Below, piece by piece: positions 1-9,563 of a stretch of 64,000 bases of DNA (the stretch's first letter is position 1; the number at the start of each line of letters is the position of its first letter). Under the pieces are notes generated by a model. The model was not told the origin of the DNA, did no database searches, and worked only from the letters and a program-made list of their open reading frames with translations. The DNA is taken from positions 1-64,000 of IMG/VR virus record IMGVR_UViG_3300008116_000011. One strand, 5' to 3'. The DNA is from a virus. A program made the translations under genes and the position numbers.

Positions 1-25
1 ATATATAAATATTTTAATATTTTGT

Positions 26-2008
26 TTATTTTATGATTCCTGCTCTGTATTTTAATTGTCTCATCATATAGTTATTAACTATTGATTCTTTTAAAAGTTC
101 TTCAGGAGAAAAAGTTTTTATATTATAATCTTGGTCAGTAATTTGTATAGTGTCAAAGTCGTCAGATTTTAATTGGACACTATTTTTTCCATGAATTTGT
201 CGCGTAAGTATATTTTCTGGTATTTTTTCTTTATTTTTAAAAAATTCTACTGCTTTAATGTTATCTTTAATAGTATTTCCATTTTCATCCATAATTACCC
301 ATACATCTTCAGGATATCCTTGCTTATTTCGTGGTGAATCTTTTTTATTACGGGTTATAAGATATGGTTTATTATTTAACTCAAACACGATTGGATATCC
401 CATAAAGAAATTAGAATATTTTTCTATATTACTTTTATCATTTTTTAAATTATTATACAAATCATTAAGTTTTTTTCTTTCTTCTGGGGATAGATTTGTA
501 TATGATTCTTGGCTAATAGAGGGTAAAGTAATAAATAATTCTGAAGCATTAGTAGAATCATCATTAGCTGATGATTCATCATATATTGCGTCTCTAAAAG
601 CTAAGGAGTAGGTATCATATAAATCCCTTTGTTCTTTAGTCATATATTTTCTAGCTTCAGGAGGTAATTCAACACTAAATTGTCCAACCTTATCTTGAAC
701 AAAATCCCTAGCACCATCTTCACCAAAATATTTTTCAATTAGACTGAATGATAGTTCATTTTCAAATGTTTTTAAATATTCTTTTTTTTCATCATTATCA
801 AGATACGGAACAAAAGCTAAAGGTAGTACAGTCGAAAATTTTTTATTTGTTTTATAATCATCTATACCTCTACTAAATCTAAACTTAGCATAACTTCTTA
901 ACAATCCAGGATTATTTTTTAGATCATTAAAACTAGCTTTGTATCCTGTACGTGAACGTAATGCTAAATTTTTTAACTCAGGATCTAATGTATTAAACAT
1001 TTCTTTAGTAAAAGCACTAGGCTCATCTGCACGGCGACCTATATAAATTGCTTTTTGATTTCTAGTTAGTTTTTTAAAAGTATCAAGGTTTAATATTTTA
1101 TCTTGAACTAAAGCAACATCAGTTTCCTGTTCAGATGGTGAAACATATTTAAATATATCTTTATGGTTTTTAATTTTATCCCATGCTTTTTTACCACTTT
1201 CCCCACCATATTTTGTCATGAAATTACCTATTTCATTCCATTCAACACCACTTCCTTTACCATCAAGTTCATGTTCTGTTCCATATTGGTTAACAGTATC
1301 AGTAACTCCATATTTACCATTTTCAAAAGCATGTATAACAAAAAAATGATACCAATTTTTAAAATTTTCTCTTTTAGTTGGATCTCCTTCAATTTCTGGT
1401 GATTGGGTTGGGTCTACTACAAAATAAAAGGTTCTATATAATGCTCCTCTACCACCAGATCCAAAACGATATGCATAATATCTATTAGCATAATCTTCTT
1501 TTCTACCTATACAAAAATTGTACGTGTATACTTTATTTTCTTGGTCTTTATATTTAAAGGCGTAATTTAACTTAATACATGACTCATAGTTTGATCCTTC
1601 ATATACTTTTAATTCAGAAGTATCATATACAATAGGTACACCTGATATTTTAACTAGTTCAGCATCTTGTACTGTATAAAAATCTTTAGATGTTTTTGTA
1701 GCTTTTTCACCATATGAGTCTATTAAATATTCTAGTTCTTTCCAACTATATTGAAATATATCTTGAGGATTAGATATTTTATTAGTTTTAGGGTCAGGTT
1801 GAGTAAAACGTGGAGGTAATATAATTTGCCCAGCTTTTAATTTAGTAGGAATGTTGGGTTTAATAGCTTCGAATCTATTAATAACTCTTTTAATTTCATC
1901 ATCATTAAGATCTTTTTTTTCTTTTTTAAATTTATCAATTAACTGATTAATTACTTTATCGGTATATTCTTGCAGTATTATTTTATTATATAGGTCTATT
2001 AATTTCAT
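26..2008 (-). CDS. Hypothetical protein with MKLxxL..ILQE leader and C-terminal ELLKE..RQLKYRAGII tail (putative virion head-packaged protein)
   Basis: 660-aa ORF; N-terminal leader resembles those of neighbouring genes. Confidence 0.6.
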   Translation of the reverse strand: MKLIDLYNKIILQEYTDKVINQLIDKFKKEKKDLNDDEIKRVINRFEAIKPNIPTKLKAGQIILPPRFTQPDPKTNKISNPQDIFQYSWKELEYLIDSYGEKATKTSKDFYTVQDAELVKISGVPIVYDTSELKVYEGSNYESCIKLNYAFKYKDQENKVYTYNFCIGRKEDYANRYYAYRFGSGGRGALYRTFYFVVDPTQSPEIEGDPTKRENFKNWYHFFVIHAFENGKYGVTDTVNQYGTEHELDGKGSGVEWNEIGNFMTKYGGESGKKAWDKIKNHKDIFKYVSPSEQETDVALVQDKILNLDTFKKLTRNQKAIYIGRRADEPSAFTKEMFNTLDPELKNLALRSRTGYKASFNDLKNNPGLLRSYAKFRFSRGIDDYKTNKKFSTVLPLAFVPYLDNDEKKEYLKTFENELSFSLIEKYFGEDGARDFVQDKVGQFSVELPPEARKYMTKEQRDLYDTYSLAFRDAIYDESSANDDSTNASELFITLPSISQESYTNLSPEERKKLNDLYNNLKNDKSNIEKYSNFFMGYPIVFELNNKPYLITRNKKDSPRNKQGYPEDVWVIMDENGNTIKDNIKAVEFFKNKEKIPENILTRQIHGKNSVQLKSDDFDTIQITDQDYNIKTFSPEELLKESIVNNYMMRQLKYRAGIIK

Positions 2009-2019
2009 TTTAATTTTAT

Positions 2020-2847
2020 TTAGTTTTTACAAACATTAATAATTTCAATAGCTTTTTCATCAAATATAATTCTAACCTGTCCATTACTATGAGTATTTCC
2101 ATCAATGCCTGCTCTTAATAAAAATAAAGAAGCATCCTTAGCGGCCCATTTAGAACCTTTATTTTGAAAATAACCTTGTATTTCACCATATATATTACTT
2201 GGTGATTGTTTAGTATCAATTTGAAAATCTAGTTTTTCTTTATTAGCTTGATTGTTTATTTTATCTACTTGATCTTGAGGAGTTTCCTTTTTATCCCAAT
2301 CTAAATAAGTATATTGATCTGGTCTTTTGCCTTTATGGAGAAGCACAGTATAGACATATTTCATATCTTCTGTTTCTACATTTAGATCTTTAATTATATT
2401 AATAAATTTTTTATATTCATCAATAATTTCATCTTTGCCTTCAAAATCTTCATATTGAAGATAATCAATAGTTTCCTCAGCATATTCTATAAAATCCTTA
2501 GCAGTTGTTAATCCTTTAGGTAACCTATTAAATACATCATTATCATATTCAAACGCTAATTCTTCAGGTTTTTTACCTTGAAATAATACTTGTTTTATAT
2601 TACCACGATTTCCTACTCCAGCATATCCTTTAGCTATATTAAAATCTTTACCAAAATATAATCCCCAACCATACATTTGTGATCCTGATCCTCCCCCAAT
2701 ACCTGCTGTTCTGAAGCATTTAAAGTTATGGGAAGTACCATGATAAGCTGTTTCTTCTTCTGTGTATAAAGAAATCATTTCATCAATAATTTGATTAGAA
2801 TGATCATTAAGTAGTAACTCAACTAAACTATATTTTGTATTTTTCAT
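2020..2847 (-). CDS. ADP-ribosyltransferase (ART-PolyVal-like) domain protein
   Basis: AYHGTSHNF..F....IGGGSGSQMYGWGLYF motif typical of polyvalent-protein ART domains; C-terminal RAGIDG...IIFD. Confidence 0.65.
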   Translation of the reverse strand: MKNTKYSLVELLLNDHSNQIIDEMISLYTEEETAYHGTSHNFKCFRTAGIGGGSGSQMYGWGLYFGKDFNIAKGYAGVGNRGNIKQVLFQGKKPEELAFEYDNDVFNRLPKGLTTAKDFIEYAEETIDYLQYEDFEGKDEIIDEYKKFINIIKDLNVETEDMKYVYTVLLHKGKRPDQYTYLDWDKKETPQDQVDKINNQANKEKLDFQIDTKQSPSNIYGEIQGYFQNKGSKWAAKDASLFLLRAGIDGNTHSNGQVRIIFDEKAIEIINVCKN

Positions 2848-2857
2848 CAGCTATATT

Positions 2858-3241
2858 TTAACCATATTGCAAATCTTTTATATGCTTTTCAAGATTTGTA
2901 CGCTTTGTTAATAATTGATTAAACTTCCATTCCATTATTTCATCAACAGGAGATAATTTAATAATATTTCCCTTATAATATCCTTTTACATATTCAGCAT
3001 TAGGATTATGGAATAATTCAAATCTAATATTGTCGTAGTTATAGGATCTAATTCTAAAATGTTTATCTCTATTTACATTAAAAACTTCATATATATGAGT
3101 TTTGTATGGAGAAATTAAGTCAACATCTTTAGGTTTCCTAAAAGGAATAGCTTTTTGTAATATAAGAGCAATACTACCACCAACATAAATGTCAGGATAT
3201 TGTTGTTGAATTGATAATATTTTATCTAATATATTATGCAT
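2858..3241 (-). CDS. Pol-beta superfamily nucleotidyltransferase-like protein
   Basis: VGGSIAL...RKPKDVDL (GS + DxD) motif. Confidence 0.6.
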   Translation of the reverse strand: MHNILDKILSIQQQYPDIYVGGSIALILQKAIPFRKPKDVDLISPYKTHIYEVFNVNRDKHFRIRSYNYDNIRFELFHNPNAEYVKGYYKGNIIKLSPVDEIMEWKFNQLLTKRTNLEKHIKDLQYG

Positions 3242-3776
3242 TGTCTCCTATATAATTTCCATCTTTATCAAAATTTTTAGTATCGGGGTGGTATTCGCCT
3301 GTGATATCAAACCATCCTACACTATATTCACCCTTACTATCTGGGTAAGGTATAGATAATGATATTTCATTTTCATTTTGCCAATTTATATGTATACACT
3401 CCTGAAATGAATTTTTAGGAGCTCCCGGACATGGAAATGACTCTGAAAGATCAAATATATCGTTACTTACAAATTTTTTACCATTTGGATATTTTTTTAT
3501 TAAGGAAATAATTTGTTCTAAATTCTTTACATATTCATCATTATCTTTATTACCTTCTATCATACCATTAATATATTCTAAGTCTCTATCTTCAGATGAA
3601 GGTTCATATAAATTGAATCCGCTATCTCCTTCTCCAAAAAATTCAAATAAAGTATATAATGGTTTTATATACATTGGATTTAATGTTGAACCTCCAGCAG
3701 GGATTACCTTTGCTTCTTTTACAGCACGCTTAATTATTTTCTTTAATTCTGTTATGTTAACTTTAACCTTATCCAT
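3234..3776 (-). CDS. Hypothetical protein with ELKKIIKRAVKE leader followed by AKVIP
   Basis: ATG start re-assigned to 3776, just after the upstream stop; leader resembles 31592-31918. Confidence 0.6.
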   Translation of the reverse strand: MDKVKVNITELKKIIKRAVKEAKVIPAGGSTLNPMYIKPLYTLFEFFGEGDSGFNLYEPSSEDRDLEYINGMIEGNKDNDEYVKNLEQIISLIKKYPNGKKFVSNDIFDLSESFPCPGAPKNSFQECIHINWQNENEISLSIPYPDSKGEYSVGWFDITGEYHPDTKNFDKDGNYIGDNA

Positions 3777-3778
3777 AT

Positions 3779-5761
3779 TTAAAATTTTGTTAGTACAATT
3801 ACACATTCATTATCATCATCACATATTTCTTCAACATGTACATACCCTGCTACACTTGTTTTATTATCAACTCTTTTTATATCTCCTGGTTTTATTGTGT
3901 TATAATAGGTAGTAATTAGATTTTTTGCTGTGGTTTGATTTAGATTAATTCCATAGAGAGGATCTCCCCCCCAGCCCCAATTATCTTTTAAGTAATCTTC
4001 TAAATTATCATAGCCCATCTCTCCTATAAGCTCCTCTATTGTATCATAATATAACAATGTTTTAAGTAAGTAAGGATTAAATTCATATACATCATCAACA
4101 ATCTTACTTTTTGATATTGGAGGTACTACTCGTGCTTCTTTTTTTAAATTTGTTTGGTATATTATTACATACTTGTTTTTATCAGGATTAGACATAAACA
4201 ATGTTTTATTGCGGTCTAGTTTATTTACCTTAATAAATTGCATCATTACTAATCTAGCAGCTGATTCTGTTTTTGCTTCAATTATTTCTATTTTGATATC
4301 ATCTTCACTAACATTATCAAAATTTTCATATTTTACTTTTTCAAGAAAATCTATTTTATATCCTTCTTTTTCAAATCCTTTTACTACTTTTTCAATAATA
4401 CTTTTTGCTACTGGTTGAGATATAGAAGTAGGTGTAGCAGCTGAGGTAATATTTGGGCTTCCTAAAATAGTACTCAAAGCAATACCGGCTGCTGCTAGTC
4501 CTTTTTTTAAGTCCATTTCATTTAAATCCTCTTTATTTAATTTTACTTTTGCCTTTTCAGTATTAGGAACAAATTGTTTTCCTTTTTTAGAGCCAGCTAC
4601 TTTTTTACGAGCAGTAGCAGCGCGTTCGTCTTTTGTTAAACTATTTGCTTTAGCACGAGGTAAACAACGAGTAGTTGCCTTACCTTTTTTCATTGTACCA
4701 CAAGGACCTGTAATGTTACCTTGAGTATCTATACGAACCCAATCTTCTTTTTCAAACCAATCACGTAATGATTCTTCTAAAGAATCAGTAGGAAAAGATT
4801 CATCTCCAAATTTATTGAGTTGTTTTTTTACATTTGGAGTAATTAAATAAGTTTGTCCTGCCTTAGGACTTTCTGTTTCTTTTCTAGCAATGGCTATTGG
4901 GTTGTTATTATATGTTCCTGTAATATAAAATGAATAAGCACATCTTGTAGGAACTATCCCAACGTATATATCAGTAGGCGTTATATTTAGGGAATTAAAT
5001 AATTTTTCAGCGTTATTTCGTGTTGTTGAATTTAATTTATCTTTACCTTCATCCCATGAAATTTTAATTCCTTTTTCTTGTCCACTAAGATTATATTTAC
5101 CTATTTTTAAATCTAACGTGCTAAAAGAATCAACATTAAATTTTTTTTTAAATTTTTGTAAACAATTAGCATATCGCAGAATATCTTCTCTTGATCTTTG
5201 CATTTGTGGTAGTACTCTAGCTTCGTCAATATATCTATCTTTAATATATTGTTCTATTTTATCTTCTTTATATCCTAATAGTTTACCTATTTTTCTAGTA
5301 TCGTCTGCTGTAGCATTTGATGCTAAATAACCACCATATTTTTCAGCTAAATCTTTTAATTGTGTAGCTTTATTTTCACTACCAGATAAATAAGCAACAT
5401 ATGCATCATATGGATTTCCTTTTACATACATTACTTTAATACCATTATCTTGTATAACTTTTTGAACGTATTCCCAATTTTCAGGAGTATTTGATTTTGC
5501 TACTATAAAAGCAACATCACGTTTTTTATCTCTTAATGTATTAATAGCATCAACATCATTATATGCTTCAGATGGATCAATACCTCTAAAATTATCTTCA
5601 TCTTCTTTCATTAATCCTTTACACACTTTAACAGCGCGTCCTGATAAGTAGGCAGATGGTTTTTCACCAGCTGCAATGCGACGATTATAGTAAGCTCTGC
5701 CTTTAGGGCACAGCTTTTTTTCATCTAGCATTTCTGATAGTATATCTGATAGTTTAATCAT
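3779..5761 (-). CDS. Multi-module (polyprotein-like) protein with MIKLSDILSE leader; includes PSAYLSG module, DUF5872-like module and a hydrophobic segment
   Basis: ATG at 5761; modules bounded by xxE motifs (MLDE, LMKE, YIDE|ARV, SLEE|SLR, DLNE|MDL, LKKE|ARV). Confidence 0.65.
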   Translation of the reverse strand: MIKLSDILSEMLDEKKLCPKGRAYYNRRIAAGEKPSAYLSGRAVKVCKGLMKEDEDNFRGIDPSEAYNDVDAINTLRDKKRDVAFIVAKSNTPENWEYVQKVIQDNGIKVMYVKGNPYDAYVAYLSGSENKATQLKDLAEKYGGYLASNATADDTRKIGKLLGYKEDKIEQYIKDRYIDEARVLPQMQRSREDILRYANCLQKFKKKFNVDSFSTLDLKIGKYNLSGQEKGIKISWDEGKDKLNSTTRNNAEKLFNSLNITPTDIYVGIVPTRCAYSFYITGTYNNNPIAIARKETESPKAGQTYLITPNVKKQLNKFGDESFPTDSLEESLRDWFEKEDWVRIDTQGNITGPCGTMKKGKATTRCLPRAKANSLTKDERAATARKKVAGSKKGKQFVPNTEKAKVKLNKEDLNEMDLKKGLAAAGIALSTILGSPNITSAATPTSISQPVAKSIIEKVVKGFEKEGYKIDFLEKVKYENFDNVSEDDIKIEIIEAKTESAARLVMMQFIKVNKLDRNKTLFMSNPDKNKYVIIYQTNLKKEARVVPPISKSKIVDDVYEFNPYLLKTLLYYDTIEELIGEMGYDNLEDYLKDNWGWGGDPLYGINLNQTTAKNLITTYYNTIKPGDIKRVDNKTSVAGYVHVEEICDDDNECVIVLTKF

Positions 5762-5762
5762 A

Positions 5763-6140
5763 TTACCATTTTCTACAAGACCAGTATCTTGCTTTGGTAC
5801 GTGGTCCTGGGTTATCACAATTGTGTCTTGCCCTAAATGCTTTGCGGCGTTTAGGGTTATTTTTCTTAATATTCATTCCCTTAGCACCAAAGTTTACTTT
5901 TACAACTTTATCTGTTTTAGGGTTTTTAACATATACTTTAAATTTCTTACTGTCACCACGCATTGGTTTACCTAATGGCACAGTACGACCTTGATACTTG
6001 GCTTCTAACATACAATCGCAAGTAGCTTCGTTAAGCTCTTGTTGATATGCTTCCATGAACTCAATAAATTCCTTTATATCTTGTTCATTTTCTACATCAT
6101 ATTCTTCTACTTCATCTAAAATTTCTAATAATTTAATCAT
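5763..6140 (-). CDS. Conserved basic phage protein (KVNFG...FRARHNC...ARYWSC) with acidic MIKL leader
   Basis: Recognisable conserved phage motif; acidic N-terminus, basic C-terminus. Confidence 0.65.
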   Translation of the reverse strand: MIKLLEILDEVEEYDVENEQDIKEFIEFMEAYQQELNEATCDCMLEAKYQGRTVPLGKPMRGDSKKFKVYVKNPKTDKVVKVNFGAKGMNIKKNNPKRRKAFRARHNCDNPGPRTKARYWSCRKW

Positions 6141-6707
6141 AGCAGTTTATTTTGCATATCAAATATATTTAAAGATACTCATAACGATTAAACATTTGTC
6201 TTAACTTAGATCTAAACTCAGGCCATAATTTATTAATTTCTTCTTGAGTAAGATTATCTGATATTTTATTAATTATTGTGTCTACAATTGAAGGTACTTC
6301 TTGAAAATATTTTTCTGAAAAAGTAATATTATGTTTTTTCTTTAGTTTATTAAAAAAATACTCGTTAATATCGTATTGTATTGTATTTAAAATATATCTT
6401 TTAAGATTTGATTTATTAAAATTTTCAGGAGGAGATAAATGTTTATATTTTATAAAATCTAAAATACTATTTTTAACATCATAATATAACCTTTTTTTCA
6501 TTCGCTCAAATCGATTTTTTACAACATCACTTTTCCATAATTCACGGTCGGTTGTTGGATACCTATTAACAGGAGCTTCAGGTTTATTTTGATTAGAATT
6601 AGGAAATTGATCAGTCCTTGTGGAAGTCCACGTGTAACTTTCATTTTTTTGTTTTGCTAACTCAGTTAATATGTTTATTAATTTAATCATAGTAGTTTAT
6701 TTTGCAT
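6129..6707. repeat. 29-bp direct repeat pair (6129-6157 and 6679-6707, 1 mismatch) flanking gene 6169-6690
   Basis: taatttaatcatag(c/t)agtttattttgcat occurs at both positions. Confidence 0.9.
6169..6690 (-). CDS. Hypothetical protein with MIKLINILTE leader
   Basis: 173-aa ORF with the shared leader. Confidence 0.6.
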   Translation of the reverse strand: MIKLINILTELAKQKNESYTWTSTRTDQFPNSNQNKPEAPVNRYPTTDRELWKSDVVKNRFERMKKRLYYDVKNSILDFIKYKHLSPPENFNKSNLKRYILNTIQYDINEYFFNKLKKKHNITFSEKYFQEVPSIVDTIINKISDNLTQEEINKLWPEFRSKLRQMFNRYEYL

Positions 6708-6933
6708 GCCACCAATTACAACAATATTCATCTGCAGGAGCCGGAACTTTTGCTTTACCATCACGCCATTTCAACCAGTATTCATTATTACATAAATTAC
6801 CTTTTTCAACCCAATATTCACAGTTAGCACACATTGAACCACCTTTAGTTACACGCATACCTGGTTTATGGTCTGCTGGGTATTCAATTTTACCTTCTGT
6901 AATTAATCCTAGTAGTTCTGTTAATTTATGCAT
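6697..6933 (-). CDS. Small Cys/Trp-rich protein (HiPIP-like Cys pattern) with MHKLTELL..ITE leader
   Basis: CANCEYW...C...CCNWW; ATG at 6933 overlaps the upstream gene end. Confidence 0.5.
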   Translation of the reverse strand: MHKLTELLGLITEGKIEYPADHKPGMRVTKGGSMCANCEYWVEKGNLCNNEYWLKWRDGKAKVPAPADEYCCNWWHAK

Positions 6934-7198
6934 GGTTTTGTTTTTCAAAAAATTCAACTTTAGTACGTAATTCAGCTACTTGAGAAGTTAATTGTAATAT
7001 TAAATTACGCATTTCCTCTTTTTCTCTAGATGATTCTTCTAATAGGGCTTCTAATTTAGCTATCCTATCTTTGCAATCATGACGAATAAAATCAGCATCG
7101 CGTTCACGATACAGTGCTCGTTTTTCATAATAACGGAAAGCTGTTGTACCACCCAAAACCGTTATTGCTGTAACAAGTACCGTCCAAACATTATCCAT
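6926..7198 (-). CDS. Membrane-anchored coiled-coil protein
   Basis: N-terminal hydrophobic helix followed by heptad pattern. Confidence 0.55.
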   Translation of the reverse strand: MDNVWTVLVTAITVLGGTTAFRYYEKRALYRERDADFIRHDCKDRIAKLEALLEESSREKEEMRNLILQLTSQVAELRTKVEFFEKQNHA

Positions 7199-7231
7199 AT
7201 ATAAAGAGATATTTGATTTTACATATAAATA

Positions 7232-7801
7232 TTAAGAATTTATTTTATCTTTTAATTGTTGTAGCTTATCCATGATTTGTTTTTTAACTTCCTGCTTATC
7301 TAACCCATTTCCTACCCAATTTTGGATAGTACCATCTTCCATTACATAAGTTTCATTAATTAAATCATCTAAAAATTGATCTAAACCACTACTTACATTA
7401 TCTGCAAAATACAAAGCGTTTTTTCTAATCATATTTTTTTCATATTCCTCATATTTGCCTTGCATTTTTAATTCACTCTCCATATCAGTAACACAATGTA
7501 AACACATTTGGTGAATACCATACATCTTTTTATCCAAATGGTGTTTCATTGGTTTTGAACATTTTGGACATAATAAAGGTATTGATGTACCTTCTGTTTT
7601 GCGCAAAGTGCGTTTAACACCATTTTTAATAGTCCATGTTTTACCATTTTCTTCCCACACATCACCTTCATTATGGCGTTCTTCTGCTTTAGTATATCCT
7701 ACAGAAGTAATTGTTTTTTCGTTACCTTTCTTTTGTACTAGATTTCGAATACGTTGTAAATCTCTCTCCGTAAACTGTTTTTTTAACTGTGTTTCTTTCA
7801 T
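7232..7801 (-). CDS. Conserved phage protein with Zn-ribbon
   Basis: GDVWEENGKTW; CPKC...CLHC. Confidence 0.6.
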   Translation of the reverse strand: MKETQLKKQFTERDLQRIRNLVQKKGNEKTITSVGYTKAEERHNEGDVWEENGKTWTIKNGVKRTLRKTEGTSIPLLCPKCSKPMKHHLDKKMYGIHQMCLHCVTDMESELKMQGKYEEYEKNMIRKNALYFADNVSSGLDQFLDDLINETYVMEDGTIQNWVGNGLDKQEVKKQIMDKLQQLKDKINS

Positions 7802-7804
7802 AAC

Positions 7805-8719
7805 TTATTTTTTATTTAAATGCTCAAATAAATTAGGTTTTGCTTGAGCAAAATTACGCATAATAATAGCTGCTCTAGAATTAGCTTCATTTTCATCATC
7901 ACTACCTGTAGTTCCAGAGTCTGATTTTAAGCGACCTTCTAAATCTTGTTTATAATGTACTAATTCATGTGCTAATGTTCTAAAAATATCTGCTGGGTGT
8001 CTTTTGGCTATTACTATGTTAATTGATTTGTCACTTGGTCTATATCCACCCCAAGAGCGCAAATCAATTGCTTCTTGTGAGTCGTTAGATAAGGTAATTT
8101 TAGGTAGTTTTTCTAGTTGAAGTTCATCCATTACATGCTTCATAAACTCACTAACTAAACTTTTATTTAAATTTTCTTTTAATATTTCAACATCTTGAGG
8201 ATCAACAATAATTGCTTTAATTTTATCTTTACCCAAAAGTTTATGTGCAAAATATCTATGATGACCATCTACAATTTGATACTTATTTCCTAATTCACGT
8301 ACAATAATTGGAGGTAATTCTTTACCTGCTTTAATAGTTTTTATAAGATCTTTTAATGTGGCTTTAGATTTAGGCTCTAACATTTTACTAGCAGGCTCAT
8401 TTAATAGTAACATATCTAATGGAATATCACTAGTAGGCATTTTACTAATTTCTATTTCACTGTAGTCAACATCTGCACCTTGACCTCCAGGATATATTTT
8501 AACTTTAATTTCTAGATTTAATTTATCAAGTTTTGTATAATATTTTGGATCTTCTACTAAATGATCCATAGCAATACGTGCAGCACGTTTTGCATTATCA
8601 GTATGTTCTTTTTCAACTTTAACACCCTTTTTTAATTCTTTTTTAAGGGTATCTACATCTACCTTATGTTTTTTTGCAATGTCTCCAATAGACATTCCTT
8701 TAGATAATCCGTTTGCCAT
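7805..8719 (-). CDS. Three-module fusion: DUF5661-like + ParB/Srx-like + HEXXH metallopeptidase-like
   Basis: GVKVEKEH...IAMDHL.E.PKYY; PPIIV...IVDGHHR; RTLAHELVH..Q...ENEAN. Confidence 0.7.
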   Translation of the reverse strand: MANGLSKGMSIGDIAKKHKVDVDTLKKELKKGVKVEKEHTDNAKRAARIAMDHLVEDPKYYTKLDKLNLEIKVKIYPGGQGADVDYSEIEISKMPTSDIPLDMLLLNEPASKMLEPKSKATLKDLIKTIKAGKELPPIIVRELGNKYQIVDGHHRYFAHKLLGKDKIKAIIVDPQDVEILKENLNKSLVSEFMKHVMDELQLEKLPKITLSNDSQEAIDLRSWGGYRPSDKSINIVIAKRHPADIFRTLAHELVHYKQDLEGRLKSDSGTTGSDDENEANSRAAIIMRNFAQAKPNLFEHLNKK

Positions 8720-8780
8720 GTATATAAATATAAAAAAAGGCTTGGATATACCAAGCCTATTTTAAACATATAGATGTAAT

Positions 8781-9563
8781 TTACGATAATTTTATTGAAA
8801 TTGGTAGTAATTCTGTTGCGGGTTTAGCATCAGGATTTTCAAGTTTATATATATCGTATATTTTAAGAAACATTTCAAAATTACGGTCAATATCACCTAC
8901 GGATTTCAATTGCCATCCTTTACCTTGTATTGCATCACCTTTTCCCTCACCCCTAGTAGCGGCTTTTAACCACAAAATACCTGTTTCCTCAATTGGTGTA
9001 TCATGTGTTTCATTCCATGCTTTGGCATATGATGCTAACTGTAAATCATATGACGTGTGAAGTGAATTAGATGTTTTAACATCCATTAACCATACTTTAC
9101 CTTTTAACTTAATAATTAGGTCAGCAGTACCCGCATATTTGTGGTTATCTGAAAATAGATGATATTCAGTTGCTATCAATTCTGGTTTGTGTGTATTCCA
9201 AAAATCAGCAAATTTAAGAATCATTTTCCAAACATCAAGAGAATAAATTGCATTTCCATACTCATCGATCCAATTAATTTCATTTCCATTAATAAATGAT
9301 TCAACAGCATTGTGTACTTGAGTACCCTCGGCTGCGGCTTTAGCAGCAATAATATCACTATTATGACCTACATCTTTAAGCCAAGAATGAAAGAATTGGT
9401 TTTTAGGAAAATAATTTAAAATAGATGAAACAGAAGGATAATATTCCTCATTTCGTCTATAAAAGCGTTGATCCAAAACGTTAATTTGTTTATTATCCGC
9501 ACTGTATTCTACAATGCGTTTAATTTTTGGATCTTTAATGATGTTTACATTTTTATCTATCAT
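8781..9563 (-). CDS. PD-(D/E)XK exonuclease (RecB/Cas4-like)
   Basis: YPSVSSIL, GTQVH, AGTADL, DVKTS, QLASY. Confidence 0.85.
   Translation of the reverse strand: MIDKNVNIIKDPKIKRIVEYSADNKQINVLDQRFYRRNEEYYPSVSSILNYFPKNQFFHSWLKDVGHNSDIIAAKAAAEGTQVHNAVESFINGNEINWIDEYGNAIYSLDVWKMILKFADFWNTHKPELIATEYHLFSDNHKYAGTADLIIKLKGKVWLMDVKTSNSLHTSYDLQLASYAKAWNETHDTPIEETGILWLKAATRGEGKGDAIQGKGWQLKSVGDIDRNFEMFLKIYDIYKLENPDAKPATELLPISIKLS

Noticed and set aside
8781-9563. Cas4 as part of a CRISPR-Cas system
   Set aside because: No array or other cas genes; sits beside primase as a typical phage exonuclease
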